Shown: positions 1-10,415 of the stretch, piece by piece
Layout of the letters: every line of letters begins with the position of its first letter
How positions within the stretch are numbered: the first letter of the stretch is position 1
Origin: Tagaea sp.
Lineage (GTDB): Bacteria; Pseudomonadota; Alphaproteobacteria; CACIAM-22H2
DNA length: 64,000 nt
Assembly (NCBI GenBank): GCA_965279525.1
Contig: CBDIIB010000005.1
Coordinates: forward strand, 96,001 to 160,000
Direction: 5' to 3'
Notes under the pieces: generated by a model
What the model was told of the DNA's origin: nothing
Seen by the model: the letters and a program-made list of their open reading frames with translations, nothing else
The model's database searches: none
Position numbers and translations under genes: made by a program

Positions 1-117
1 AACCAGATGGGCGGGCGCCTGACCCTGAAGAGCAATTCCGGTCGCGGCACGACGGTAACGCTCCTCCTCCCGCAGGCGGAGACGCTCTGGGCACAGAGTT
101 ATCATAACTTACAATAG
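1..117 (+). CDS. 3' end of a sensor histidine kinase (HATPase_c C-terminus), truncated by the window edge
   Basis: Frame 1 reads NQMGGRLTLKSNSGRGTTVTLLLP...*, nearly identical to the C-terminus of the next kinase (NRMGGRLTLASTPGAGTTVTLMLP). Confidence 0.8.
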   Translation, partial: NQMGGRLTLKSNSGRGTTVTLLLPQAETLWAQSYHNLQ

Positions 118-173
118 TATTATAAGTTTCATTTACACCGAATTAAGGGTCACACGTTAGAACCCTCGCGATC

Positions 174-1970
174 TTGATGACAGGAACGCGCGTGGAACTC
201 GACCTTCCCTCCAATCCGCTCGGCCAGGCAGCACCCGCCGGACATCGCCAGGACACGTCGCCGACGCGGCGGCTCTATTATCTGGCGGCACTCCTGTGCA
301 TCGCCCTCGCGGCGGCGGCGATCGCGACCGCATCTTGGATCGTCAAGCGGGAGAACGGCCTGCGCCTTGCCGCCGCCGAACGCAGCCTGCTGGCAGCCGA
401 CGCCCATGGCGTGCGCATCGTGGCGCTGGCCGACGCGCTGATCATGCAGGTCCTCTGGGCGCTCGACGGGCACGATCCCGCGCGTTTCTCCGCCGAGCAG
501 CTGGCGACGATCCGGCATGCCGCACAAGAAGCGGTTCCCGGCCCCTTCACGCTCGAGATCTGGCGGGCCGACGGATCGAGCCAGCTCGCACCGCCCGAAT
601 CGAACGTCTCGGCGCGCGAGGACTTCCGCTATCAGGTCGGCGAGGGCCGCAACGCGCCGGAGCGGGTCCGGATGATCGACGTGAACCGCCAGCTGTTCCT
701 GTCGGCTGTCCTGCCGGGCACGCAGGGCGGCGAAGACACGATCTACGTGACGCGCCCGATCATCGCCGCCGACGACAGCGCCACCGGCATGGTGAGCGTG
801 GGCATCCCGGTGCAGAACTTCATCGAATACTATCTGGCGCTCCTCGACCGCGAGGGCGACCGGATCGCCCTCTATCGCAGCGACGGCGCCGTGATCGCGA
901 AATACCCGGCCGTCGACGGGCCCGGACCGGCCGAAGCGCCGGGTCCCGAACTCTGGCGGGCGTTTTCGCACAGCCGCACCGGCCGCTTCGTGAGCGACGT
1001 CACGGCGAGCGGGACGTCGCTCGTCATGTACGTCAGGCTCGAACCTTTGCCGCTCGTCGTCGTCTACCGGATGCCCTGGCGCGGCCTGGATCCGCAAGCG
1101 CTCCTCGCCTATTGGCCGGTTCTCGCGATCGCCGCGACGACGCTGCTGGCTGCGGCCGTCTATGCGTGGATGTCGATCCGCTACGCCGAGGCGCTGAGCC
1201 GGAGCAATGCCGAACTGGCGCGCACCCGCGACGGATTGCGCACGGAAGCCAAGGGACGCGGAATCTTCGTCGCCAACATGAATCACGAACTGCGCACGCC
1301 GCTCAACGCCATCGTCGGCTTCGCGCAGATCCTCGCCGGCGGCCTGTTCGGGCCGCTCGGCCATCCGAAGTACCGGGAGTATGCGCGCGACATCGTCGAC
1401 AGCGGCCGGCACCTGCTTGTCCTGATCGGCGACATCATCGATTTCTCGTCGATCGACGTCGGCAGCCGGGAGCTGGAGAGCGGACCGATCGACGTCGACG
1501 CGGCCATCGACGAGATCGCGCGCCTGCTGCGCCCGCTGGCCGGCGAACGCGGCATTTCGCTGGAAACCTCGGCACGCGGGCTATGGGCGCGCGGCGATGC
1601 CATCGCCGTCCGCCAGATCCTGATGAATCTCGTATCGAACGCGATCAAGTTCTCGGGCTCGGGCGCCGTCGTCCGGCTCGCCAGCCGGACCGACGCGCCG
1701 GACGGTTGCGTTGTCCTGTCCGTCGCCGATCAGGGGGCGGGAATATCGCCCGAAGACCTGCCGTCGATCGGCCGCCCGTTCTACCGGACCCGCGCATCGC
1801 GCGAGGCCGCCGTTCCGGGGACCGGTCTGGGTCTTTCGATCTCGACTGCACTGGCGAACCGGATGGGCGGCCGCCTGACGCTGGCAAGCACGCCCGGCGC
1901 CGGCACGACCGTCACGCTGATGCTGCCGCCGGGCGAAGCGCCGGCCGATCTTGCGGGCGAGATCACCTAG
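174..1970 (+). CDS. Membrane sensor histidine kinase (Cache-like periplasmic domain, HisKA, HATPase_c)
   Basis: Two TM segments; H-box MNHELRTPLNAIVGF; N-box QILMNLVSNAIKF; G boxes DQGAGI and GTGLGLSI. Confidence 0.92.
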   Translation: MMTGTRVELDLPSNPLGQAAPAGHRQDTSPTRRLYYLAALLCIALAAAAIATASWIVKRENGLRLAAAERSLLAADAHGVRIVALADALIMQVLWALDGHDPARFSAEQLATIRHAAQEAVPGPFTLEIWRADGSSQLAPPESNVSAREDFRYQVGEGRNAPERVRMIDVNRQLFLSAVLPGTQGGEDTIYVTRPIIAADDSATGMVSVGIPVQNFIEYYLALLDREGDRIALYRSDGAVIAKYPAVDGPGPAEAPGPELWRAFSHSRTGRFVSDVTASGTSLVMYVRLEPLPLVVVYRMPWRGLDPQALLAYWPVLAIAATTLLAAAVYAWMSIRYAEALSRSNAELARTRDGLRTEAKGRGIFVANMNHELRTPLNAIVGFAQILAGGLFGPLGHPKYREYARDIVDSGRHLLVLIGDIIDFSSIDVGSRELESGPIDVDAAIDEIARLLRPLAGERGISLETSARGLWARGDAIAVRQILMNLVSNAIKFSGSGAVVRLASRTDAPDGCVVLSVADQGAGISPEDLPSIGRPFYRTRASREAAVPGTGLGLSISTALANRMGGRLTLASTPGAGTTVTLMLPPGEAPADLAGEIT

Positions 1971-2085
1971 GACAGATTGCACAGGCAAGCGCGTCGATTC
2001 GACGCCCATTCGGCCCTTGGCAAAGCGCCGGTCGGTTGGCATTGTGCCCCCACATTTTTGCCCTACCGCCTGCCGGGAGACGAGT

Positions 2086-3249
2086 ATGAAGGTCGCGATC
2101 CCCAAAGAGCGCCGCGCCTACGAATCGCGCGTCGCCGCCACGCCGGACTCGATCAAGCGGATGAAGCCGCTGGGGGTCACGTTCCTCGTCGAATCCGGTG
2201 CCGGTGCCAACGCCGCGATTCCCGACCAGGCCTTCGCCGACGCCGGCGCCGAGATCGTCGCCGACAGTGCCACGCTGCTCGGCCAGGCCGACATCGTGCT
2301 GAAGGTGGGCCGTCCGCTCGCCGCATCCGAAGGCGGCGACGAACTCGCCGGCATGAAGTCGGGTGCGGTGCTGATCTGCCAGCTCGATCCCTATCGCAAC
2401 AAGGAACAGGTCGCCGATTTCGCGCGGCGCGGATTCACCGCCTTCGCGATGGAACTGGTGCCGCGCATCACGCGCGCCCAGTCGATGGACGTGCTCTCGA
2501 GCCAGGCCAACCTCGCCGGCTACAAGGCCGTGATCGACGCGGCCGAGCAGTTCGGCCGCGCCTTCCCGATGATGATGACGGCCGCCGGCACCGTGGCGCC
2601 GGCCAAGGTCATGGTGATGGGGGCGGGCGTTGCCGGCCTGCAGGCGATCGCGACCGCGCGCCGGCTGGGCGCCGTCGTGTCCGCGACCGACGTGCGCATG
2701 GTCGCCAAGGAACAGGTCGAATCGCTCGGCGCCACGTTCGTCTACGTGGACGACGAGGAAGCCCGCCAGGCCGAGACGTCGGGCGGCTATGCCAAGGAAA
2801 TGTCCGACGCCTACAAGGCCAAGCAGGCCGCCCTGATCGCCGAGACCGTCCGCAAGATGGACGTCGTGATCTGCACGGCCCTGATCCCGGGCCGCCCGGC
2901 GCCGCGCCTCGTCACCGACGCGATGGTCGCCTCGATGAAACCCGGCTCCATCGTCGTCGACCTCGCGGTCGAAGCGGGCGGCAACTGCGAAGGCAGTGCC
3001 GTGGGCCAGATCGTCCAGCGCCACGGCGTCAAGATCGTCGGCTATGCCAACGTGCCCTCGCGCCTGGCGGTCGATGCTTCGGCGCTCTATTCGCGCAACC
3101 TCGCCGAATTCATGAAGCTGATCGTCGCCAAGGACGGCAGCCTTTCGATCGACCCGGCCGACGAGATCATCAAGGGTTCGCTGCTGACCCGCGACGGCCA
3201 GATCGTCCATCCCAATTTCGCGCCGGCGCCCGCCGCCGCCGCACAGTAA
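2086..3249 (+). CDS. pntAa: NAD(P) transhydrogenase alpha subunit part 1
   Basis: MKVAIPKE...ESRVAATP; [14 protein letters not shown]; [13 protein letters not shown]; ATG at 2086 after GGGAGA. Confidence 0.96.
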   Translation: MKVAIPKERRAYESRVAATPDSIKRMKPLGVTFLVESGAGANAAIPDQAFADAGAEIVADSATLLGQADIVLKVGRPLAASEGGDELAGMKSGAVLICQLDPYRNKEQVADFARRGFTAFAMELVPRITRAQSMDVLSSQANLAGYKAVIDAAEQFGRAFPMMMTAAGTVAPAKVMVMGAGVAGLQAIATARRLGAVVSATDVRMVAKEQVESLGATFVYVDDEEARQAETSGGYAKEMSDAYKAKQAALIAETVRKMDVVICTALIPGRPAPRLVTDAMVASMKPGSIVVDLAVEAGGNCEGSAVGQIVQRHGVKIVGYANVPSRLAVDASALYSRNLAEFMKLIVAKDGSLSIDPADEIIKGSLLTRDGQIVHPNFAPAPAAAAQ

Positions 3250-3266
3250 AGAAGGACGCCAACGAA

Positions 3267-3677
3267 ATGTCCGACAGCGCACTTCTCGACAAAGCCGCAC
3301 AGCTCGCGACCGACGCCTCGAATCTCGCGATGAAGGCGCGCGAGCTTGCCGCCCAGGCCGCCCTGTCGCCCGACATGGGTGCCGCCGGCGGTCCCGACGC
3401 GCTGACGATGGGCCTCACGGTCCTCGTGCTCGCCACGTTCGTCGGCTACTACGTGGTCTGGCGCGTGACGCCCGCCCTGCACTCGCCGCTGATGGCGGTC
3501 ACCAACGCGATCAGCTCGGTCATCATCGTGGGCGCACTGCTTGCCGCGGGTGCATCGGCCGTCGGCTTCAGCCAGGTGATGGGGTTCCTTGCCGTCGTGC
3601 TCGCCTCGGTCAACATCTTCGGCGGGTTCGTCGTCACCCAGCGCATGCTGGGCAAGTTCAAGAAGAAGCAGAAGTAA
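3267..3677 (+). CDS. pntAb: NAD(P) transhydrogenase alpha subunit part 2
   Basis: [21 protein letters not shown]; [13 protein letters not shown]; located between pntAa and pntB. Confidence 0.95.
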   Translation: MSDSALLDKAAQLATDASNLAMKARELAAQAALSPDMGAAGGPDALTMGLTVLVLATFVGYYVVWRVTPALHSPLMAVTNAISSVIIVGALLAAGASAVGFSQVMGFLAVVLASVNIFGGFVVTQRMLGKFKKKQK

Positions 3678-3696
3678 GGCGAAGGAAACACAGACA

Positions 3697-5100
3697 ATGA
3701 GCGCCAACACCGCCTCGCTTCTCTATCTCGTCGCGTCGATCTGCTTCATCATGTCGCTGCGCGGCCTGTCGAGCCCCGAAACCGCACGCGGGGGCAACTT
3801 CTACGGCATGGCCGGTATGGCGATCGCGATCGTCACGACGCTGCTGCTGCCGCAGACCAGCTCCTTCGGCCTGATCGCCGCGGGCATCCTGATCGGCGGC
3901 GCCATCGGTACGTTCGTGGCGCTGCGCATCGAGATGACCGCCCTGCCCCAGCTCGTCGCGGCGTTCCATTCGCTCGTCGGCCTGGCCGCGGTGTTCGTGG
4001 CGGCGGCCACGCTCTATTCGCCGCAGAGCTTCGGCATCGGAATCCCGGGGGCCATCAAGGCCGCCTCGCTGGTCGAACTCGCGTTGGGCACGGCCATCGG
4101 CGCGATCACCTTCACGGGCTCGATCGTCGCCTTCGCCAAGCTCCAGGGCCTTGTCTCCGGCGCCCCGCTCCAGTTCCCGATGCAGCATCCGCTCAACGCG
4201 GTGCTGGGCGTGCTGATCGTCGCCAACGTCGTGTGGCTGTCGATGACGGGCTCGCCCGTCGCGTTCTGGACGCTGGTGCTGCTGTCGCTCGCACTCGGCT
4301 TCCTGCTGATCCTGCCGATCGGCGGTGCCGACATGCCGGTCGTCGTGTCGATGCTCAACTCCTATTCGGGCTGGGCCGCGTGCGGCATCGGATTCACGCT
4401 GCAGAACTCGCTGCTGATCGTCACGGGTGCCCTCGTCGGCTCGTCGGGCGCCATCCTCTCCTATGTCATGTGCAAGGGGATGAACCGGTCGATCTTCAAC
4501 GTCATCCTCGGCGGCTTCGGCACGGATGCGGCCGGTGCCGCGGCCGGTGCGGCCAAGGAAGCGCGTCCGGTCAAGCAGGGCTCGGCCGAGGACGCGCTGT
4601 TCATCATGAAGAACGCCTCGTCGGTCATCATCGTGCCGGGCTACGGCATGGCGGTCGCCCAGGCGCAGCATGCGCTTCGCGAGATGGGCGACATGCTGAA
4701 GAAGGAAGGCGTGTCGGTCCGCTACGCGATCCATCCGGTCGCGGGCCGCATGCCCGGCCACATGAACGTGCTGCTCGCCGAAGCCAACGTGCCCTACGAC
4801 GAGGTGTTCGAGCTCGACGACATCAACCGCGACTTCGCGCAGGCGGACGTTGCCTTCGTCATCGGCGCCAACGACGTGACGAACCCCGCCGCCAAGACCG
4901 ACCCCAAGAGCCCGATCTACGGCATGCCGATCCTCGACGTCGAGAAGGCCAAGACCGTGCTGTTCATCAAGCGCTCGATGGCGTCGGGCTATGCCGGCGT
5001 CGACAACGAGCTGTTCTTCCGCGGCAACACGATGATGCTGTTCGGCGACGCCAAGAAGGTGGTCGAGGACATCTGCAAGGCGATGTCCGGCGGGCACTAG
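3697..5100 (+). CDS. pntB: NAD(P) transhydrogenase beta subunit
   Basis: IGGADMPVVVSMLNSYSGWAA; PGYGMAVAQAQH; HPVAGRMPGHMNVLLAEA. Confidence 0.97.
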   Translation: MSANTASLLYLVASICFIMSLRGLSSPETARGGNFYGMAGMAIAIVTTLLLPQTSSFGLIAAGILIGGAIGTFVALRIEMTALPQLVAAFHSLVGLAAVFVAAATLYSPQSFGIGIPGAIKAASLVELALGTAIGAITFTGSIVAFAKLQGLVSGAPLQFPMQHPLNAVLGVLIVANVVWLSMTGSPVAFWTLVLLSLALGFLLILPIGGADMPVVVSMLNSYSGWAACGIGFTLQNSLLIVTGALVGSSGAILSYVMCKGMNRSIFNVILGGFGTDAAGAAAGAAKEARPVKQGSAEDALFIMKNASSVIIVPGYGMAVAQAQHALREMGDMLKKEGVSVRYAIHPVAGRMPGHMNVLLAEANVPYDEVFELDDINRDFAQADVAFVIGANDVTNPAAKTDPKSPIYGMPILDVEKAKTVLFIKRSMASGYAGVDNELFFRGNTMMLFGDAKKVVEDICKAMSGGH

Positions 5101-5121
5101 GCCCCGATCCCGAGAAACGAC

Positions 5122-5155
5122 AAAAGCCGCCGGGGGATGCCCCGGCGGCTTTTTT
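5122..5155. terminator. Bidirectional intrinsic terminator between convergent pntB and rpsU
   Basis: AAAAGCCGCCGGGG-gatg-CCCCGGCGGCTTTT hairpin with an A-tract before and a T-tract after. Confidence 0.9.
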
Positions 5156-5185
5156 CATTCCCGACCCCGAAGGGCCGGAAAAAGA

Positions 5186-5389
5186 CTAGTAGCCTTCGCG
5201 CTCCAGGCGCTTGCGCTGCAGCTTGCGCAGGCGGCGGACACCTTCGGCCTTCTCGCGCGCCTTCTTCTCCGAGGGCTTCTCGAAATGGCGGCGCAGCTTC
5301 ATTTCGCGGAAAATGCCTTCGCGCTGCATCTTCTTCTTGAGCGCGCGCAGGGCCTGATCGACGTTGTTGTCGCGGACGATGACTTGCAC
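5186..5389 (-). CDS. rpsU: 30S ribosomal protein S21
   Basis: [25 protein letters not shown]...[10 protein letters not shown]. Confidence 0.97.
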   Translation of the reverse strand: MQVIVRDNNVDQALRALKKKMQREGIFREMKLRRHFEKPSEKKAREKAEGVRRLRKLQRKRLEREGY

Positions 5390-5490
5390 GGGAACCGTGC
5401 TCCTTTCCCAAACGAAATCAAAGGGTTGATCTTGTAGGTAGCGACTCGCGGCGCGGTTTCCCCCGCCACCGATTCACCACCGGCGCGCGG

Positions 5491-5519
5491 CTTATATCAT
5501 ACGCCCCAAAGGCTTGCAA
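5491..5519 (-). promoter_or_regulatory. Sigma70-type promoter of rpsU
   Basis: Minus strand TTGCAA-17 nt-TATAAG. Confidence 0.7.
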
Positions 5520-5572
5520 ACCGTCGAATGCGGCCTTTCCGCCCCCCCTTCCTGTCCCATATCCTGCCCCCC

Positions 5573-6103
5573 ATGGCCATCCTGAAAATCGCCCGCATGG
5601 GCCACCCGGTGCTTTCGCGCGTCGCCGACCCGGTCGAGGACCCGACCGCACCCGAAATCCAGATGCTGGTCGAGGACATGGTCGACACCATGATCGATGC
5701 ACCCGGCACCGGCCTTGCCGCCCCGCAGGTGCACGTGCCCTTGCGGGTCGTCGTGTTCCTCGTGCGGGCCGAGCGCACGACCGGCATCGAGGGCGATACG
5801 CCCGTCGACCTCACCGTGCTGATCAACCCGGTGCTCGAACCGCTGGGCGACGAGACGAACGCGGGCTACGAGGGCTGCCTGTCGGTCCCGGGCCTGACCG
5901 GCGAGGTGGCGCGCCACACGCGGCTGCGCTATCGAGGGCTCGACCTCCAGGGCAACGTCATCGACCGGACAGTCGCCGGCTTCCACGCGCGCGTCGTCCA
6001 GCACGAATGCGACCATCTCGACGGCATCCTCTATCCGCAGCGGATGACCGACCTTTCGAAACTGGCTTTCGTCGACGAGATGCGCCGACGCATGGAGAAA
6101 TGA
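5573..6103 (+). CDS. def: Peptide deformylase
   Basis: GTGLAAPQV, EGCLS and QHECDHLDG motifs. Confidence 0.96.
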   Translation: MAILKIARMGHPVLSRVADPVEDPTAPEIQMLVEDMVDTMIDAPGTGLAAPQVHVPLRVVVFLVRAERTTGIEGDTPVDLTVLINPVLEPLGDETNAGYEGCLSVPGLTGEVARHTRLRYRGLDLQGNVIDRTVAGFHARVVQHECDHLDGILYPQRMTDLSKLAFVDEMRRRMEK

Positions 6104-6756
6104 ACATGCCCTTCGACCGGAACCTCGCCCGCGACCGCATCGTCGAAGCCGCACTGCCGCACGTGCCGTTCGACGGCTGGAGTCTGCCGGTGCTGACGCG
6201 CGCGGCCGAAGAAGCGGGCTATCCGCCCGCGACGGCGCTGCGCGTGTTCCCGGGTGGTGCCCTCGACGCGCTGGGTCACTGGTGCGCCATGGCCGACCGC
6301 GACATGCTTGCCGCATGCGAAGCGGATCCGGAATTCGCGACGCTGAAGATCCGCCAGAAGATCGCGCGCGCGATCCGCCTGCGCCTCGCCCCGCTTGCCC
6401 CGCAGCGCGAAGCCGTGCGCCGGGGGCTGGCGCTGATGGCGCTGCCCTCGGGCGTGCCTTTGTCGATGCGCACGCTGTGGGCGACGGTCGACGCGGTGTG
6501 GCACCTCGCCGGCGACCGTGCCACCGACTTCAACTATTATTCAAAGCGCGGGCTCGCGGCGGGCGTCTACTCGTCCACGCTGCTCTTCTGGCTCGAGGAC
6601 AAGTCGGAAGGCCAGGCCGACACGTGGGAATTCCTCGACCGGCGCATCGCCAACGTGATGGCCGTCCCCAAGGCGATGGCCGACGTGAAAGCGCGGCTGG
6701 CAAAGCTGCCCAACCCGTTCGCCGGGTTGGCGGGGAAGTTCAAGCGCGCGGGCTGA
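6100..6756 (+). CDS. COQ9 / rpsU-divergently-transcribed family protein
   Basis: ALPHVPFDGWS; AGDRATDFNYYSKR; DTWEFLDRRIANVM; lies divergent from rpsU as is typical. Confidence 0.9.
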   Translation: MNMPFDRNLARDRIVEAALPHVPFDGWSLPVLTRAAEEAGYPPATALRVFPGGALDALGHWCAMADRDMLAACEADPEFATLKIRQKIARAIRLRLAPLAPQREAVRRGLALMALPSGVPLSMRTLWATVDAVWHLAGDRATDFNYYSKRGLAAGVYSSTLLFWLEDKSEGQADTWEFLDRRIANVMAVPKAMADVKARLAKLPNPFAGLAGKFKRAG

Positions 6757-6759
6757 CGC

Positions 6760-7842
6760 CTAGCGCTTCCTCTTCAGATACGTCACATGCCCCATCTTGC
6801 GGCCGGGCCTTGCTTGGGCCTTGCCGTAGAGATGCAGGATCGCGCGTTTGTTGGCGAGCAGCTTCGGCACCGCATCGACGTCGTCGCCGATCAGGTTCTT
6901 CATCGTCGCATCCGAGTGGCGGGCAGGATCGCCCAGCGGCAGGCCTGCGATCGCGCGCGCGAGCTGGTCGAACTGGCTGGCCGGGCACGCATCGATGGTC
7001 CAATGGCCGGAATTGTGCGGGCGGGGGGCGAGCTCGTTGACGAGCAGTTCGCCCTTGCGCGTGCGGAACATCTCGACCGCCAGCACGCCGACGAGGCCGA
7101 GCCGGTCCGCGATATGCAGCGTCATTTCTTCCGCCTCGCGGCGCAGGGCGAGCGGCAGTTTCGCGGGTGCGATGGTCACGTCGAGGATGTGGTGCTTGTG
7201 GCGGTTCTCGACCGGCACGTAGCACGCCGCCCCCGAAACGCCGCGTGCCACCACGACCGACAGCTCGCTGCGGAAATCGACGAAGCCTTCGAGGATGCCC
7301 GGCGTGCCCTTCAGCACCGCGAACGCGGCGGCAAGATCGTCGCGCGGGCCGATCTTGACCTGGCCCTTGCCGTCATAGCCCATGCGCGCGGTCTTGAGCA
7401 CGCACGGCCGGCCCATCGCCGCCACCCCGCGCTCGAGATCGCGCAGCGTGCGCACGCTTGTCCAGGGTGCGGTCGAAACGCCGATGCGGTTGAGGAAGGA
7501 TTTTTCGAGGATGCGGTCCTGACAGGTCGCCAGCACCTTGGCCGACGGATAGAGCGGCGCATGCCCCGCTTTCGCGACGGCGGCGACACCCTCGACCGGG
7601 ATGTTCTCGAACTCGTACGTCACCACGTCGCACGCCTTGAAGAATCCGGTCAGCGCCTTGACGTCGCGATAATCGGCGACGGTCGCGGCCGTGCACACCT
7701 GTTCGGCCGGCGAATCCTTCTCCGGACCGAAGCAGTGCGTGCGAAAGCCGAGGCGGGCGGCGGCAAGCGCGGTCATCCGGCCGAGCTGGCCGTTGCCGAG
7801 GATGCCGATCGTCGAACCGGGGGGCAGGCGGCGCACGTTCAC
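6760..7842 (-). CDS. purK: N5-carboxyaminoimidazole ribonucleotide synthase
   Basis: [12 protein letters not shown]; GYDGKGQ; [12 protein letters not shown]; RPGRKMGH; GTG start overlaps the purE stop (GTGA). Confidence 0.96.
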   Translation of the reverse strand: MNVRRLPPGSTIGILGNGQLGRMTALAAARLGFRTHCFGPEKDSPAEQVCTAATVADYRDVKALTGFFKACDVVTYEFENIPVEGVAAVAKAGHAPLYPSAKVLATCQDRILEKSFLNRIGVSTAPWTSVRTLRDLERGVAAMGRPCVLKTARMGYDGKGQVKIGPRDDLAAAFAVLKGTPGILEGFVDFRSELSVVVARGVSGAACYVPVENRHKHHILDVTIAPAKLPLALRREAEEMTLHIADRLGLVGVLAVEMFRTRKGELLVNELAPRPHNSGHWTIDACPASQFDQLARAIAGLPLGDPARHSDATMKNLIGDDVDAVPKLLANKRAILHLYGKAQARPGRKMGHVTYLKRKR

Positions 7843-8363
7843 CGGCGGGCCTTCTTCTTCGCCGGAATCGCAGGCGCGTCGACCGGCTTTTGCGCGATCT
7901 TCGCGGTCTGTGCCGCCCGGAACGCATCCAGCGCCTTGGCGACCTTCGCGTCGGAGAGCGCCACCACCGCGGCGGCCAGAAGCCCCGCGTTCGTCGCCCC
8001 TGCCTTGCCGATGGCGAGCGTGCCCACCGGGATGCCGGCGGGCATCTGCACGATCGATAGCAGCGAATCGAGGCCCTTCAGCGTGCGCGATTCGACCGGG
8101 ACGCCGAATACCGGCAGGCGCGTCATCGCCGCCGCCATGCCCGGCAGGTGGGCGGCACCGCCCGCCCCCGCCACGATGCAGGCAAGGCCGCGTCCGGCGG
8201 CTTTCGTCGCATATTGGTAAAGCCGCTCGGGCGTGCGATGCGCCGACACGATGCGCGTTTCGAACGCCACGCCGAGTTCGCGCAGCTTTTCGGCCGTATG
8301 GCGCATGGTTTCCCAGTCCGACTGGCTGCCCATGATGATGCCGACGAGGGGCTTTTTCGCCAT
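7839..8363 (-). CDS. purE: N5-CAIR mutase
   Basis: IIMGSQSDW; SAHRTP; [12 protein letters not shown]; [11 protein letters not shown]. Confidence 0.97.
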   Translation of the reverse strand: MAKKPLVGIIMGSQSDWETMRHTAEKLRELGVAFETRIVSAHRTPERLYQYATKAAGRGLACIVAGAGGAAHLPGMAAAMTRLPVFGVPVESRTLKGLDSLLSIVQMPAGIPVGTLAIGKAGATNAGLLAAAVVALSDAKVAKALDAFRAAQTAKIAQKPVDAPAIPAKKKARR

Positions 8364-8541
8364 GTAACGCGCTCTCCAGAGAAGCCGGCCGGGGCCGGAA
8401 AGGGGCGGAGTATAGGCGAGGCGCTCGCGGCACGGAAAGGGGCGGCACGCCTGCGCATTCACCCCCCAAAATCCGGGCCCCCAAATTCCGGCCGGTCTGT
8501 GCTATGGCTCGTCGCGAGAACGTATCCCGTTCCGGTACCGG

Positions 8542-9294
8542 ATGAAGATCGGCGACACGAACCGCATCATCGGCCCAGCGACCACCGCACCCGTGCGCAA
8601 GACGGATGCGCCCGGCCGCGCGCAGGGCCCTTCGCCGGCACCCATGTCGGGCGGCATGCGCACGCCCAAGGACATCGCCCAGGTTATGGGCATCCCCGAG
8701 GCCGAGTTCACGCCCAAGGTCCGCGACGCGATCATGCGGCTGATGGCGGAAGTCGACAAGGCGCGGCGCGAGGCGGCCCAGGCCCAGTCGCGCGCGGCCC
8801 ATCTCGAACGGCTCGCCGACCAGGACAGCCTCGTGCCCGTCTTCAACCGCCGCGCCTTCGTGCGCGAGCTCGGGCGCATGCAGGCCTTCGCCGAACGCTA
8901 CGACCAGCCTTCGAGCCTCGTCTATTTCGACGCCAATGGCCTCAAGCAGGTCAACGACACGCACGGCCATGCGGCGGGCGATGCACTTCTGGCGCACATC
9001 GCGCGCGTGCTCGTGCAGAACGTGCGCGACACCGACGTGGTCGGACGGCTGGGCGGCGACGAGTTCGGCATCATCCTCACCTATACCGACAAGCCGGTGG
9101 CCGACGAGAAGGCGGCCCTGCTCGCCCAGCGCGTGCAGGAGAGCGAGCTCGACTGGCGCGGCGTGGCGATCAAGCCGTCGGTCGCGTGGGGCGTCTACAC
9201 GTTCCGCGGCGGAGACGACATCGCGCGGCTGCTGGAAAGCGCCGACCGCGAGATGTACGAGCGCAAGAAAAGCGCGCGCACGCCCGCACCCTGA
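8542..9294 (+). CDS. GGDEF diguanylate cyclase with N-terminal coiled coil
   Basis: DSLVPVFNRR; KQVNDTHGHAAGD; RDTD I-site; RLGGDEF. Confidence 0.93.
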   Translation: MKIGDTNRIIGPATTAPVRKTDAPGRAQGPSPAPMSGGMRTPKDIAQVMGIPEAEFTPKVRDAIMRLMAEVDKARREAAQAQSRAAHLERLADQDSLVPVFNRRAFVRELGRMQAFAERYDQPSSLVYFDANGLKQVNDTHGHAAGDALLAHIARVLVQNVRDTDVVGRLGGDEFGIILTYTDKPVADEKAALLAQRVQESELDWRGVAIKPSVAWGVYTFRGGDDIARLLESADREMYERKKSARTPAP

Positions 9295-9300
9295 CGGGCG

Positions 9301-9507
9301 TCAGGCGATGATGTCGGGCAAAAGCTGGCTTTCGAGCCGCATGATCTGGTCCTTCAGCGCCAGCTTGCGCTTCTTCATGCGCTGGACCTGCAGCATGTCG
9401 ACCGTCCCGCTCTCGATCAGGCGCAGGATGACGTCGTCGAGGTCGCGGTGCTCGCTCTGCAGTTCCGCGATCTGGCGGCGGATCGTTTCGAAAACAGGAT
9501 CGTCCAT
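9301..9507 (-). CDS. YdcH/DUF465 family small coiled-coil protein
   Basis: EHRDLDDVI...QRMKKRKLALKDQI...LPDIIA. Confidence 0.9.
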   Translation of the reverse strand: MDDPVFETIRRQIAELQSEHRDLDDVILRLIESGTVDMLQVQRMKKRKLALKDQIMRLESQLLPDIIA

Positions 9508-9549
9508 CGACGCCGGTGCTTTTTCGGTGTGCGGAAGCGAGGCTGAAGC

Positions 9550-10059
9550 ATGCGCAGTCTAGCAGCAAAGAAGCGCCGGCGGAACCAAGCCCTGTGGGGT
9601 TTCGCGACGGCGCTTTACGGCCGGCCGGGCGTGGCGCAAGCGTGCCTTGCCCTGCAGGATGGGTACGGCGCCGACATCCCGTTGCTGCTTGCGGCGATCT
9701 GGCACGGCGAGACCGGCCGCGGCCGGCTGGACCGCGGGCAGGCCGGCGACTGGCGGGCCTGCGCGCGGCTCTGGCGCACCGCCGCGATTCTGCCCTTGCG
9801 CGCCGCGCGCACGGCGATCCGGACGGCGGCCAAGGCCGATCCGGCCATCGCGCGGCTGCGCAAGGCGATCCTTGCGGCCGAGCTTGCCGCCGAACGGCTG
9901 CTGCTGCGCGATCTCGCGAAGCTGTCGCGACCGTCGGCTGCGACGGATCGGCGCACCCGCCGCGCCGACGCGCGATTCAACGCCGAAATGGTGGTTCGCG
10001 ATCCGCGCGCGCGGACGCGGTTAACGAAAATAATTTCATCCCTCGGTCCATCGACGTGA
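9550..10059 (+). CDS. TIGR02444/DUF2390 family protein
   Basis: LWGFATALYGRPGVAQACLALQDGYGAD; RKAILAAELAAER. Confidence 0.8.
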   Translation: MRSLAAKKRRRNQALWGFATALYGRPGVAQACLALQDGYGADIPLLLAAIWHGETGRGRLDRGQAGDWRACARLWRTAAILPLRAARTAIRTAAKADPAIARLRKAILAAELAAERLLLRDLAKLSRPSAATDRRTRRADARFNAEMVVRDPRARTRLTKIISSLGPST

Positions 10060-10201
10060 AATCAACGCCCTGACCGGATCGGCCATCCTTAATTTCCATC
10101 TATGAATGTAGTCTGGCCGTCGGCCCCCGCTTGCGGGGCTCCGGCGACAGGCATAGGCTTTTGATGTTCGCGCAAGAACCAGAACGAAGGAGGTTTCGGC
10201 A

Positions 10202-10366
10202 ATGCCAAAATCCGATCGCGTCAGGTCTCTGCAAGCAAAACACGCCAAACTCGAACGCGACCTCAGCCACGAGGAATCCCGGCCCGCACCCGACGCGCCG
10301 ATTGTGGCCACCCTCAAGAAAGAAAAACTCAGGATCAAGGACGAGCTCGCCCGAATGTCGGGCTAG
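10202..10366 (+). CDS. Second YdcH/DUF465 family protein, 54 aa (absent from the ORF track)
   Basis: MPKSDRVRSLQAKHAKLERDLSHEESRPAPDAPIVATLKKEKLRIKDELARMSG*; strong SD AAGGAGG upstream. Confidence 0.88.
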   Translation: MPKSDRVRSLQAKHAKLERDLSHEESRPAPDAPIVATLKKEKLRIKDELARMSG

Positions 10367-10415
10367 CGCCGCCCTCGCACCGGTACCGCCGGCCGGACCC
10401 GCGCCTGGCGCGCGT

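Noticed and set aside
6760-8997. 745-aa ORF suggesting an N-terminally extended PurK
   Set aside because: The extension overlaps purE and the GGDEF gene; the real start is GTG 7842, coupled to the purE stop
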